Shown one piece after another: positions 1 through 13,070 of a stretch of 64,000 bases of DNA (its first letter is position 1; each line of letters begins with the position of its first letter). The stretch comes from Basidiobolus meristosporus CBS 931.73 (taxonomy: Eukaryota > Fungi > Basidiobolomycota). A program made the position numbers and the translations under genes. The stretch spans positions 1 through 64,000 of the forward strand of contig MCFE01000323.1 in the NCBI GenBank assembly GCA_002104905.1. The letters are read 5' to 3'. A model generated the notes under the pieces. The model was given only the letters and a program-made list of their open reading frames with translations, was not told the DNA's origin and did not search any database.

Positions 1-393
1 ATGTTGAAACCCATCTAAATGGATCTGGTTAGGTGCATTTCTGGCCTAGAGCTGGTTGGTTGCCATGGCGAATTTCAGCTGACAATGGTCTGTTCTAATT
101 ACCTGGTCCTTTCGGCCACTGAGGGGGTCATTCAATACGCCACCCCGCGTGACATGGTGGGTGAGGGTAGCTGCATGTAATAAGCGTCTCAATCAGATCT
201 AGTGGCCACTCCCAATCATCCGTTGGTTTGGCCAAAGATGGATTCATTTCTGTCTCTTTCGGGTGTTTAGCAAATTGCTTTGCATGGTCCTGTCCATCGC
301 CTCCACGGTCAACCATGGCCAAATCGATCGATTCACACGGACGCATCACCAGTTCGATTGCGTTTCATGGATTCAATACAACTACTTTATTAT

Positions 394-2827
394 TCAGTCG
401 GTGGGGTTGGATGTATGGTACTGCACGAAGCAGTTTCTCTTGGGCGTGTGACATAGCACCACGTCACAAGCTTGGCACTTTGTGTTTGATTGATATGCTT
501 TGGATGAGGACTTCCCTTCTCTTTGGCAATTGTGCCGGCAGAGGTAGCACCGCTTTCGCTTTTCGATGTGAATGGGCAGGTGTGATCCTGGCTCTAGCCG
601 ATTCTTCGGCATTTGAACCTTCTTTTTGACATAGGGCCCACGCATCCGTGTTGGGGTATTGCTGAGGTTGGGAATGCTATGTGGGTGGCCAACAAAATTC
701 GTGGAATCATCAGGGATGAATGAGGATTCGCTCTCGTCGAGGCCATCGTTCAGATGGGGCACCTGCCCTGGCGTATTGCTACGGGGAGTAGACGGGGACT
801 CGGATGTGGTAAGTGCTACTTCATTTGTGATGATTTCTACAGGCCGATAAGGTGTGTGGCTGTCATATGAAAATGCATGCTGTGCCTCACAACTCATTGG
901 TTGGGAATTTCGTTCAGTAGTGATATCGGGCAGGTTTGGTGTCTCAGAGTTAAATATAAGTGGGTTTCCCACTGAATGATCGCCTTCTGAGGAGGAATGT
1001 GAAACCGGCGCTGTAGCTTGTAAAGGGTGGAAGGGGCTCGAGTCATACTCATGAGGCGAGCTGAGCTCCGGTTCTATCTGCTCGTTTGGATTATAGCATG
1101 GATTTTCTACGACCTCAAGTCGCTGGTCTAACTCATACATTTCTTCTAAGCTTTGTATCAACATATCAATATCAATGCGCTCTCGTCGGTCTTGTTTCCA
1201 GCAAGCATGCATTAGGTGAGTGAAATTGAGAAACGGCGGCTCCACAAAAAGCGGTGGTCGCTCGCCGTTTTGGACTTTCTGTCGGATCTCAGACTCACTA
1301 AGATCATGAAAGGGTACCGATTGTGCCGCCAGCTCCCACCTACACAGAAACACAGGGTCAGCAGTAGCACTTGAATCGGCATCGACTGCCTAGAGGTCTA
1401 CTTACATCACGAAACCAAATGAATAAATATCGCACTTTATATCCAGTCGACTTCCGGGGGTGTATAATTCTGGCGCGCACCAGGGAAGTATGTGCGGAGG
1501 AATCCTGTACCGACTGGCATAGTTCGGCTGCACCGTTGAGTTCAAATCCCAGAATGCAAAATCACTCAGGTGCACTCCTTCATTGGTGTCTAACTTTCGA
1601 ATAATTAAGTAAAGGCTTTAATATAAAAGCTGAACACAGCCAGCCTTGAACTATCAAGCTGCAAACTCACCATGATGTTGCTGCATCTCAGATTCCCGTG
1701 TGCCATGGGTACACACTTCAGGTAGCGTAATCCACGCGCTATATCCAATGCATACTGAATTCGCCGCCCCCAAGAGAATTGTGACGATCGAAGGTGCTGG
1801 GCCAAATCCCTTTTGGCCATGTATGGCATGACAATACAGTATCTTCCTGGTTCTAAACATGCCCCAATCAAACCATTGATATGCTGCGATCGTAGTTCAC
1901 TAATTTCTCAATAAATCGAATAAAAGGATCAATTGCTGGAAACTTGGGGAGTGGCTAATTTGCAAGACTAACCACAGTGCATGTACTCTTTGCCGCAGCT
2001 GCTTAAGCCATTCATGTGACGCAAAGGATTCGAAATTCAATTGCTTAATGGCCACATCCTCTCCTCGGTAGATTCCACGATAGACAGACCCAGAAGGGCT
2101 GGAACCAATGTGTTCCAGAAATGAAAGCTCAAAGAATGGGATTTCTATGGAAGAGGCAAAGACTAAGCAATATCGAGAAGATATCGTTAGCGACAAGGTC
2201 ACCCTATTATATTGCAGCAGCATAAATACCTTCGGCAATATCCTCACTCTCTTTGATCTTGATTATCTTCGAAAGTTTGCCAAGCTGATAGTCTAAAGAC
2301 CTTTTCAGTTTTACTTGAATTGGATCTTGTAGAGGCAGTTCGGCAATTCCCTCCAAAAATTTACTCTTTATTTCGTCCCATCTTTGAACTAGTTCGTTGT
2401 AATCTTCTGTGCTGGCAGAAAATATGAGGCTCTCATCGAAATCATGCTCCAGATTCAGGGCGATGGATAAAAGGTGAGTGGCGCTTGAGGTGAGTTTATG
2501 GATTCGTAAGAACTCGAGGTTTTGAACCCCATGTCGAACTGCTTCATGATACCAGTTCTCGGATTTCGGCTGGTTGAGGTTTGGGGTAAACTTCTCGATA
2601 ATATCCTCAGTTCTCTCCACGGATTGACGTAATAAACATAAGCTTTCTTGTATGGTAGGGTCGACAACCTCGTGCTGCTTCAAACATATTAGAGCATTGA
2701 GGAGTACGCTTAGGCGCTCGCATACTCTTTGTGTTTGTCGTTTTATGAGCTCCACTCGGCCCAATTTCTGTTCTATTCGATGAAGGGTGAATATAAGTGT
2801 TGAAACTTCGTTAGGTAGTTGTTCCAT
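394..2827 (-). CDS. MLKL-like protein: N-terminal helical bundle + TKL-type pseudokinase + S/P/T-rich linker + C-terminal piggyBac-type Cys-rich zinc finger; 716 aa; exons complement(join(394..1339,1406..1593,1671..1899,1973..2162,2230..2827))
   Basis: Four GT-AG introns (67, 73, 77, 66 nt) join the ORF-track fragments in frame: 2151 nt = 716 aa + stop. Kinase motifs: HIGSSPSGSVYRG, VAIK, HGNLRCSN, LSDFAFW, WCAPE, DIYSFGFVMWEL. C-terminus: CYLC..CQACDVVLC..CFVQYH. The MLKL-like call for the N-terminus is by pattern only. Confidence 0.85.
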
Positions 2828-4059
2828 GTCGAGCTAGCTATCTAGAGGAGATGTTTCGTAGGGAGAGGTTTCCAGGATTCCAAACGGTGTAAGGCAGGAA
2901 TAAACTTAATGTCTATGGAGAAGACATACCAAGGAAGGTCTCGAAGCTTTGAACACACACTGGTACCTCTTACAAGCAAAGATAAAATATACTCTGTAAA
3001 TCCGCGCCAGTGGGTATCAAACAAGAATTGGCTGTATGCTGCTGGCAAGTAGAGGTCAAAAATATTGGATACCAATTTGATCCCAGAAATTGGATTATTT
3101 TCTATGGGGATTGGTGGTTTTGAGGAGAAGCAGGAAGTGGCACGGCCCTCTTAATTGGTTAAATCATCGAGTCGGGTGATTTGATTGGTTTATTGGTCAG
3201 TACGCATATGATCACCTACCATATCACCCAAAAGATCCATGAAGTGGAAGAGAAATGAGTACCACGATAAGAACAACTCGCCATCGAGCACCTCGAGGTG
3301 GCCAAGAGAAAACAGAGCGCATGACGAATAGCCGGCATCAAGGGGCTATTTTATGCCAATGGCCCTTGCCTTTTGATGGTTGTTGATCAAGTTGCTATGT
3401 GTGGAGTAAGATAAATGATGCGGCAACCTCTTGAGAACAAATCGTCATCGCTCTATTACTTATAGAGGTGCCTATTCATTCGCATGCTTGGTATCAATGC
3501 ATTGATCACTCGGGTCGTACTTTCGTCACATCACGTGATCGAGCATGGCTTAGACCTCACTCGAAATGAATGAATGCCATAAAAGAAACATAAATACAAC
3601 ACAACCATTAACATAGGTTTCAGGCACTCTAGCTGAGTAAGAACCAGGGGGCACAAAGGAGCTGTTGGGTTGTCAGATGATATCCATTGGGAATTGCCAA
3701 CCTAGAAACTGGTGAGCCAATGTCTACCCCTTCCTCTGGGATACAATTTACATCGTTTGTGACTTGAACTAACCAAGTGGCCATTATATAATAGCAATTT
3801 ATTGGCTGAGCCACCAGGTTTTTAACTGGTTTCGATTGATGTTGCTCCTTATTCTCCCCCTTGGCAACCCTGGTTTTCCACAAGGTCATATAAGATTGGC
3901 CCATATCAACTACGGATAAGCTACGTTAGTTTGAGAATCGTTGTCATTTGAGGACCTATTTCAGTTGGGATACTCTGTTGATCCTCAAGAGTATTCCTTT
4001 ACGACTTGTTAGACCTTCAAACCGCACGCTATTGCTGCACCCAAGAAAACTTGCGTGAG

Positions 4060-7000
4060 ATGACTTCTACTTTCAAGCGCTGGAAATGGCTGATACCACT
4101 ATTTCTATTAAAATGTATGACCTTTGTATATGGTGGAGAGGTGTCCATCACAAAAACTAGTTTTCACAATCTACCCACCAAGCTATTCTATTTCGAAGAT
4201 TCTGGGGTATGCCAACCTGTACTTTGCAAACGGAAGGGTGCGGATCTCTGACATTCTCTGTAGGTAATTCTTTACTTAGATACCATCCTGAAAACGGTCT
4301 ATTACTCTTCGGACGAGGGAAAATCATGGGCACCCGTGTCTGGAGTTCCTGAGCGAGTAGCCCTAGAGATGTATAATCACCCATTTGACAAGGACACGGT
4401 AATGCGCTACTGATATTGGGATATTGATATTCAATGGGATTAACTCGTCTTGCTACTTTGCAGGCATATATATTGACGAATTCTCAGACGCAGTACATCT
4501 CGCAAGACAAGGGGGCAAGTTGGAAATCATTCGAGACTCCGTTAACGCCTAGCACAAGCACCCCAGCACTGAGTTTTCATGCAGAACGAGCTCACTACGT
4601 GATATTCACGGGTGTCCGGTGTAATTCCTCCGGGGGCTGGGGCAGAGAGACATGTACGGATGAAGTAAGTTACTTGATTCGAGCGATGCGATTGTACCTG
4701 GTAGTAACTTCCATCATTGTTCCTAGTCTTATTACACAAGAGATGCGTTCAGTACTGCTCCCAAACTACTACTTCGGAACACAGCTAAATGCATTTGGGC
4801 ACGATCCACACCGCATTTTCAATCAGTGCCGGAACAAACAGTCTTGTGTATCGAAAGCGTGGTTGATGAAATAATGACGAATGCGAATAACATGAGACTG
4901 GTTCAAAGTGAGGATTACTTTGAGCATTCTAAAGTCGTAGTCCAGTTCAATGAGGAGGCTAGAGATATGAGCGGGATCGTTGGACTAACTGTGATCGAAA
5001 GATATTTAGTGGCCGCCCTGGTAAGGTTTACAGACCTCTGCTGCTCAATGAAACTGCTAATGAATGCATGGTCTGCCCCTCTAGAAGCACAAGAATAGTG
5101 ATGACATGAGCTTGTTCGTTACCCAAGATGCCATTGAGTGGGATATGGTAGAGTGTAGGCGAATAGGCAGTGATAGGTATTGCGAGTTGCTAAACGTTTC
5201 TTGCAATTCCTTAGGCAAACATTCCGTTGAACTCCGGCTTGAAGCAAAATGTACGATTATTAATTCTGCACTATTTTGAAATCTACATGTTACTAACTTG
5301 GTTTGGTTCTTTTGACCAGGCCTTTACCCTCTTGGAATCCTCATCACATTCATTGGTGCTCGACGTTGTATACTCAAACTCGGCAGCTTACGGAAATCTC
5401 TACCGATCCAATTTCAACGGCAGTTTTTACACGACCTCCCTCAAATACACTAACAGAAATGCCGCGGGGATTGTTGATTATGAGAAGATTCAGGGCGTTG
5501 AAGGCATCGTGCTATCGAATGTTGTATCGAATTACGAGATTGTCGATCGGAATGGTCCTTGGGTTGAGAAAAAACTGAAATCCATGATCTCATTTGATGA
5601 TGGTTGGTACATTCCATCGTCGTTGATGTAAGCCAGCCAAGCTAACATATGCTCTTAAGGTGCCCACTGGAGATATCTTAAGGCACCAGAAGCAGACCAT
5701 GAAGGGAGACGATACCAATGCCATTCCGGACAGAGTGTAAGACTACTCTTATCACCTGCATCTTAATATATATTAATCTGTTTCTACTTCCTGTGAAAAG
5801 TCGGATGAGTGCACATTGCATTTGCACTCTGTAACAAGGCCGCACAACTTTGGCAGAGTCTTCTCCTCCAGCGGAGCTCCAGGAATTGTTATGGGTGTTG
5901 GTAGTGTTGGCGATTCGCTTTTACCCTACGACCAATGCGATACTTTTCTCAGCGCTGACGGTGGCTTAACTTGGAAGGCAGTCAAAAGCGGCGCGCAAAA
6001 ATATGAATTTGGCGATATGGGGGCACTACTAGTCATTGTGAATGACGAATCTTCCACTGACCATTTTCACTACAGCTATGACAGAGGTCAAAGTTGGAAA
6101 AAAGTGGAATTGGGAGCCACGATACGAGCTCGGCTGTTGACCACTGACCCGGAGTCTACTACACAGAAGTTCCTGCTCCTCGGTACCACCAGCAACAACT
6201 GGGAAACGGACGGAGCGCGGCATATCATGTTCCAATTGAACTTCGAGAATGTCCTGGACAGGAAGTGCCAGTTTGAGGAAGGGAATACGAATGGTGATTT
6301 CGAGAAATGGATCGCCCGAAACCTAGAGGACGGCCCTGACTGCATTATGGGGCATACCACTTCCTACTGGAGACGTAAAGAAAATGCCAATTGCTATGTT
6401 GGCGAGAAGTTCAAAGATCCAAAACAAACACTGGATACCTGCCCATGCACCCAGGAAGATTTCGAATGTGACTATAATTTCGTTCAAGATGACAGTGGAA
6501 AATGCGTGAAGGCAGGCCCGGAGATTATTCCCGCTGGTGAATGTCAAGGAGGCAAAGAGAGGTATCTTGGAAGCTCAGGGTATAGGCTTATCCCAGGGAA
6601 CACATGCGACCGGGACAGGGGCCAGAAACTTGACGAGCCTATAGAGAAGCCGTGCAGCGCTGGAGAGCATCGAGACTCCAAGCCAACTGGAGTAGTAAAA
6701 CACAAATCCACCATCTTTTCTTCGCCGATTGATAGATTCTATTACTTCCAAAACTCCTCAGTTATACTGATCCATACTATGATGGGAGAGATCTGGAGAA
6801 GCTCGGATGAAGGGGCCACTTGGATCAAGGTCATGAAGGAGCAGGGCCCGATTGCTATATTGATCATGCACGAATGGAGCAATGAGCGGGCCTATTTCTT
6901 TACCGAAAACAACGAGTTGTGGGCCACCGTTGATAAAGGCGCAACGTTCTCCAAGATCTCGATCCCCCTGCCCGGAAATAAACTGGGCTTGCCGCTGCTG

Positions 7001-10000
7001 GACTTCCATCCCGATGAGTCGGAGTGGTTACTCTTCATGGGAGGCACTGATTGCCCAGGCTGTCACAGCGAAGCTTTCTTTAGCAACAACCATGGGGAAT
7101 ATTGGACCAAGGTTGAGACATTCGCACAAAAATGTATCTTTGGAAAGGATGCAAAGTTCACCAAAGTTCCGAAGGAAACGATCTTCTGCTCATCCTATAA
7201 GAACAAGGACGCCGGAATTAGCCAGGACGCGTTGGGTGGCATATCCACCAATGCCAATCCGCTGCAGCTGACAATGACCACCGATTTCGGGGACAACTCG
7301 CATATGGTTTTCCAGCCAGTGTCCGAGTTCATCATTACTGACGAGTTCATGGCAGTGGCAACAGAGCATGGCGGCGATCTGGTGCTCTATGTGTCTGTGG
7401 ACGGAGAGAGTTTTGCGGAAGCGGTGTTCCCCCCAAACACACGGGTCGACAAAAACGCATTCACCATTCTTCAGTCCAACACCGGCACCATCTTCCTGGA
7501 CATCTTCAGGTCAACCACATACGGGTCCGAATACGGCACCCTGTTTGTATCGAATTCCAACGGCACCTACTACTCTAGGTCTCTGGAGAACACCAATCGC
7601 AACAGCAATGGCTTGGTGGATTTCGAAAAGATGCTAGGGATCGAGGGGACCATACTGGCCAATCAAGTGATCAATGCCGAAACGTCCGGAAGGTACAATT
7701 CCAAGAAGAAAGTCCGTACCATGATCTCCTATGACGATGGCAGTACCTGGAAGCCAATCATTGCCCCGAGCGTAGATGCACTAGGCCGGCCAATCAACTG
7801 CGTGACCGACTGTTTCTTGAATCTGCATAGTCGAACCGATATCAAAGGACCAGGTGCCATATTCAGCGTAGACTCTGCTGCTGGCCTTATGATGGGAGTT
7901 GGGAATGTCGGGCCAAGCCTGCTGCCCTACGAACAAGGAAACACATATCTTACAAGGGACGGTGGACGTACCTGGAAAGAGATAAGGCGAGGCGAGAGCC
8001 TGTATGAGTTTGGTGACTATGGCGGATTGTTGGTTGCCATCGATGATGAGGGAGCTACAGACCAACTTCTATATAGCTGGGATTTGGGAGACCATTGGAA
8101 TACGTACACGTTCTCCGATGAGTCGATTCGCGTCTCGATGCTTACAATCGAGCCCACGTCGACCAGTCAGAAGTTCTTGATCATCGGCCATACTGTTTCC
8201 ACCAGGGACCGCAATGCTCAGCAGGTGGTGATCCAAGTGGACTTCAACAACATCGAAGCGCGCCAATGCAACTTCAACGAGAACGAGAACGACAATAACA
8301 ACGACTTTGAGCTATGGAACCCTGCCGGGCTATCAGAGTGTTTACTTGGCCATGAAACTGAATACTGGAGGCGCAAAAAGGATAGAGTCTGCTACATCGG
8401 TAAACCGTACGGAAAACCCAAAACCAAGCAGATCAACTGCAAGTGCACTGAAAGGGACTACCAGTGTGACACCAATTTCTGGAGAGACTCGAATGGCAAA
8501 TGTGTCCTCTATGGAACTGATCCGGATCGCCCACGTACCTGCCAATCTGGACAGAGGTACCTTGGTAGCTCCGGGTACCGGAAGATCCCCAAGAGCACAT
8601 GTGTAGGCGGGCTCCGGCTTGAAGAAAAAGTAGAGAAGGATTGTGGCACGATCACCGGCATACAAACCAAAGCGACCGTGTTTGAGCAAGAGGAAATCGT
8701 CGATTACTACTACTTCAAAAAATCTGACCATGTGCTGATGCGCACATCCACGGGTAGCGTGTGGGTGAGCTATGACGAAGGCTATGAATGGAAAAAACTT
8801 TTGGGGGATACAGGCGAGAAGGTGATCGACGTGTACATGCACCCGTACGACGAAGATAGAGCATACTTCATTACTCAAGGGAAGATCCACTACTACACGA
8901 AGGATGAAGGTAGAAAGTTGGAGCAGTTCAAGGTCCCGGTAGCTCCAAGCACCCTGGGCTCCAATTTGCTGAGTCTGCATCCCGAGGAGCCTGACTGGCT
9001 GATCTATGTGGGCAGCGAGGAGTGCGAATGGTCATTGTCGCCGAACTGCCACACAGACGCATATTATTCGTTGGATGCCGGAAATACGTGGAAAACGTTG
9101 GAGACGTATGTGAAGAGCTGCACCTGGGCCCGGACCGACAAATTCACTGCACCCAAGAAGAATTCGATCTTCTGCGAAAGCTACGCATCGAAACGCGGGA
9201 ACCAGAAGCAGTTTAGTGGGCAGCCTGTCGATTTCTTGCTGAGCACTGATTTCTTCCAAGATCAACGCCGCCTATTTGAAAACACCGGAGGCTTTGCTAT
9301 CTTTGAAGAGTTCATGGTGGTGACGCAGTTGGATAGCAGCGGGGGCGGGATGTTTCTTCAGATGAGTGTTGATGGGGAGAACTTCGCATTAGCACAATTC
9401 ACTGGCGATATCTCCAAGCTTCATCAGGCATATACAATCCTCGAGTCCACGACACATTCCGTATTCTTGCACGTCACCACGAACACGCGCACGAACGCCG
9501 AATTCGGCACCATCTATATCTCCAACGCCAATGGAACCTTCTTCACCACCTCAGTTGAGTCAGTCAACAGAGACGCTCGTGGGCTGGTTGACTTCGAAAA
9601 GATGGCTGGCATTGACGGAATTGCTATGGTGAACCAAGTCGCAAACCCCACTCAGACCAACCGGGGTGACAAGAAAAAATTGCGCTCGTTGATTTCGCAT
9701 GATAACGGACGATCATGGAAACCGTTAACGGCTCCGAAGGCGGACGTTTATGGAAGAGCGTATGCCTGTGCGGCAGAAGAATGCAGCCTTAACATCCATA
9801 GTTACACGGAGCATCAGGATCCGCAAAATCTGTTCAGCTCATCATCGGCTGTCGGGTTAATGCTAGCAGTTGGCAACGTGGGAGACCATCTAACGGATTA
9901 TGTCGAAGGAGATACTTTCCTGTCCAGAGATGCTGGTGTAACTTGGAAGGAGATCCGCAAGGAAGCCCACATATATGAATTTGGCGACCATGGAGCCATC

Positions 10001-10924
10001 CTGATTCTGGTCAACGATGAAGAGCCAACTGATCACATACTATATTCATTGGACGAGGGATTGCACTTTAAGGAGCACTATTTTGCCAAGCCAAGTGAGA
10101 AAATCCGGATTTACACTATTGCCACTGAGCCACAGTCAACTAGCCGAAAGTTCTTGCTCTTCGGACGCACTACCGGATACAAACCCAATCAAGTGGTAGT
10201 TCATGTTGACTTCTCCGGGCTGAATATTAACCAATGCTTACTCGACACGGGCAAACCCGACACAGATGATTTTGAGCTATGGAGTCCGCAACAAGAGATG
10301 GAATCCAAATGTTTGTTCGGCAGGGATGTGCAGTACTACAGGCGCATTCCCCAGAACATCTGCTACATTGGCGGCAAGTTCGAGAACCCGGCCAAGATCG
10401 TATCCAATTGCACCTGTACTGAGCACGACTTCGAATGCGATTACAACTTTGCTCGCAAAGGGAATGAATGCGTGCTGGTTCCGGGACTTGAGCCATTGAA
10501 GACCGGGTGCGATGGAAGTGCAGACTACTACTACATCTCCTCCGGGTATCGCAAAATCCCGATGTCCAGTTGCGTTAATGGATTGGATCTTGATCAACGG
10601 CAGCGATATTGGTGTCCAGGCAGAGAGTGGAAGCGCGCAGTTAAATACACAGCGATCATGGTTCCGATATTACTTGTTGGCTGTGCCGTCTATGTGTATC
10701 TACGCCGACGCGGTGTAGAGTTCCCTACATCCATTCGTGCCCCATCGTTCGCCAAACTACGATTCCTGGGAGGATTAACTCGGATCAGGGTTCCTAGGTG
10801 GAACTGGTCATGGCTACGAAGGGGCACCAGCTCTAACTATGGATACGGCTATACAAGAGTTAATCAGGATGAGCCAATGGATGTGCTCATGGAAGACTAT
10901 GATTCGGACGATATGGATATGTGA
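4060..10924 (+). CDS. VPS10: Vacuolar protein sorting receptor Vps10/Pep1 (sortilin family) with three tandem Vps10 domains; 2119 aa; exons join(4060..4206,4264..4398,4464..4664,4727..5020,5085..5147,5215..5250,5320..5602,5660..5736,5801..10924)
   Basis: Signal-peptide-like N-terminus (WLIPLFLLKCMTFVYG). Repeated Asp-box/BNR motifs (SxDxGxTW) and three Cys-rich 10CC modules. One TM helix (TAIMVPILLVGCAVYVYL) and a cytosolic tail with YTRV and an acidic cluster. Eight GT-AG introns restore one frame of 6360 nt. Confidence 0.95.
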
Positions 10925-11070
10925 TGGGATCGCACCACGAATCGACCTAGTGCAAAACTATGAATGGCAACTCGCGCATACGGACATCAGCCCCTTTCGA
11001 TTTGCATAGCTGACCTCGTTTACATTCACGATACATTACCTTTTACAAGCACTAATCATTTCTTCATACT

Positions 11071-11828
11071 TACACTCATGTCAAATGATCGAAGTTCCGC
11101 CAGTGGCTTCAGCAGTTGTTTCTCGAGCTGATTATAAATCCAGGCAACACACACTTGCAAATATAAAAGCTCCGTTTGCTTGAGACCTAAATAAAGTGAG
11201 CATAGTAAGCACCAACTCGTGAACCCTTCCCTATGATCTGAAACGGTGCGGTGTGTGGGATAACGCGCACTGGTCACTTCATGCGCTACCCAGTTACTTC
11301 GATAGGCAATTATTGAGTCCAGTTGTGTTTGCTATATCTGAGTTGCGAATTGCCCAAGAATGCATGCCAACTCGATTGCGCTCCTTGGCCTGCAGGTTGA
11401 CTCGGCCATATCTGGCGATGCTTAGAATAGGCATTTGAGCCAGCACGCTCATCATACAAGTCACTCTTGGCTTGGGAGACTGTAGCGTCAAGCAGCGTCA
11501 GCATGATGAACATCTGATCCATTATTTCCACCCATCCACGATCGCAGCCCAACATCTGGTCCACGGTTCGCGAATTAAGCGGTGGGAACACACTCCATTA
11601 GTGGGGGCTGCGCTGCTCTCCGAATTTGGAAAGAGAATATTTATAAGTACTGACTTCTTTGCGGATTCAGCACACCCAGAAGTCCGCACTCGGGGATGAT
11701 AATAGGCTGAGCCATGGGTTGATACCTTGGCAACAGATGAATGGCAATTTGAGGACTCTTCAGAGACTTACATCCTTGATTCGCTGTTGGAAAGAAACTG
11801 TCTTAATATTTACAAAATACATGATCAT
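11071..11828 (-). CDS. Possible small multi-exon gene of unknown function; exon structure not resolved
   Basis: Several donor/acceptor-like sites on the minus strand (CCAACAG|CGAATCAAGGAT|GTAAGT; TTTAG|; |GTAAGT at about 11072) and helical-looking coding stretches (LKQTELLYLQVCVAWIYNQLEKQLLKPLAEL). No homology recognised. Coordinates are approximate. Confidence 0.25.
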
Positions 11829-12062
11829 TGGCCAGGGGCTGGCAAATCCTCATGGTGATCTCTCGTCGCCTGGTCATATGCAAGTTATGTAAGATATGTT
11901 TATCAAAAGTTGTGGAGCTGGCCAAGGCTGACTAAGACATGCGAACTCCAGGATTGGCGAAGGGGTGCCGAAGAGGAAATGGCGAAACTTGCCGCGTGAC
12001 GTATATATAGGATTGGAAATGCCTCGCCACAGGCATTCCTACCGTTGTTTGTGTATCTGGCT

Positions 12063-12524
12063 ATGTCAAACCTTCGCTATAGGCATAGCCCATTCCGCCA
12101 ACAAGAAAACCTCACGATTCAAAACTGTGTAGACGAGCTCCTCAAAAGTCGGAGAGCCTCTCCGGACCCATCCCCCAGCAAAAAGGACGGAAGAGTGCTG
12201 ACCATCGGTGACCTGGATAAGCTTTCTAAACGATTGAGCTCTTTCAATCAGTGTGAAATATCCAACTGCACATTCCTCGACCGGCTCCTTAGCAAAAACA
12301 ATCTTCCTCACGACCATAGCACTGCTTCCACTCATACGGTCTCTTCAACAAGCCTAGATTCCGACTCTGATACCAACTCAAGTGTTTCCTCGGTGGGCTC
12401 GACACGAGACGAGCTAGTCGCGTATGCACAATCCTTGAGGCCATCTCCGAAGCCAGAGATGGCCAAGCCTACGTGTATGATGCCTACGACCCCTTTACTC
12501 TACGTCAGCAAACGCCACACTTGA
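12063..12524 (+). CDS. Hypothetical protein, 153 aa, Ser-rich C-terminal half
   Basis: ATG-initiated intronless ORF with a TATATA about 60 bp upstream (12002-12007). No recognisable domain. Confidence 0.45.
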   Translation: MSNLRYRHSPFRQQENLTIQNCVDELLKSRRASPDPSPSKKDGRVLTIGDLDKLSKRLSSFNQCEISNCTFLDRLLSKNNLPHDHSTASTHTVSSTSLDSDSDTNSSVSSVGSTRDELVAYAQSLRPSPKPEMAKPTCMMPTTPLLYVSKRHT

Positions 12525-13070
12525 CTCCCTTACGTTGAGACGTCTTTTCCTTATATCATCTGATCCATCTGTATCCACGTTGGTTGACCCATCATCGTAA
12601 TATTTTCAATAAATAAGCTTACATCCCAGCTAGAACTAAGATCGAACGAATTCGGTTGTGCAATTTCCTCGTCGGTATTCGTCAAACGCGTTTTGTTTAC
12701 GATGGTGACTTTACAAACTAATCGCCCATCAAACTCGAAATGATGTCACACACGCAAGGCCAACTATGAACGAGTAAGTATGTACGTGTTGGATCTTGTG
12801 ACTTGGCAACTTCGATTCCTTTATTCTGAACTATTTCACAATCGATTATCAAGGCTCGATATTTGTAACGGGTTAAATTGGCTGGGCGAAAGGTTGATAA
12901 AAAGGAAGTGGAGCGAAAGTTCCTCCGGCATGGAAGAAATTGGGTTACGTGAAGAGCAAATGGATTATATGTGATAGAGGGCTGGTAAAGGATTGGTGGC
13001 AGCAGTTGGTGCGGGACGATCGGATGTTTGAGACGCGTTCATCCACATTTCCCCGTGTCCACTAAGCCGT

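Noticed and set aside
128-629. Short ORFs 128..349(-), 228..629(+) and 263..451(+)
   Set aside because: No recognisable motifs; they overlap the kinase 3' end or UTR and are probably spurious.
2842-3075. Possible extra upstream coding exon of the kinase (GTATGT donor at ~2929)
   Set aside because: The only in-frame acceptor needs a frame with an upstream TGA and no ATG; more likely a 5' UTR intron or nothing.
3527-3540. TCACGTGA E-box/CLEAR-like motif upstream of VPS10
   Set aside because: A single 8-mer about 525 bp from the ATG; expected by chance, and no conservation data are available.
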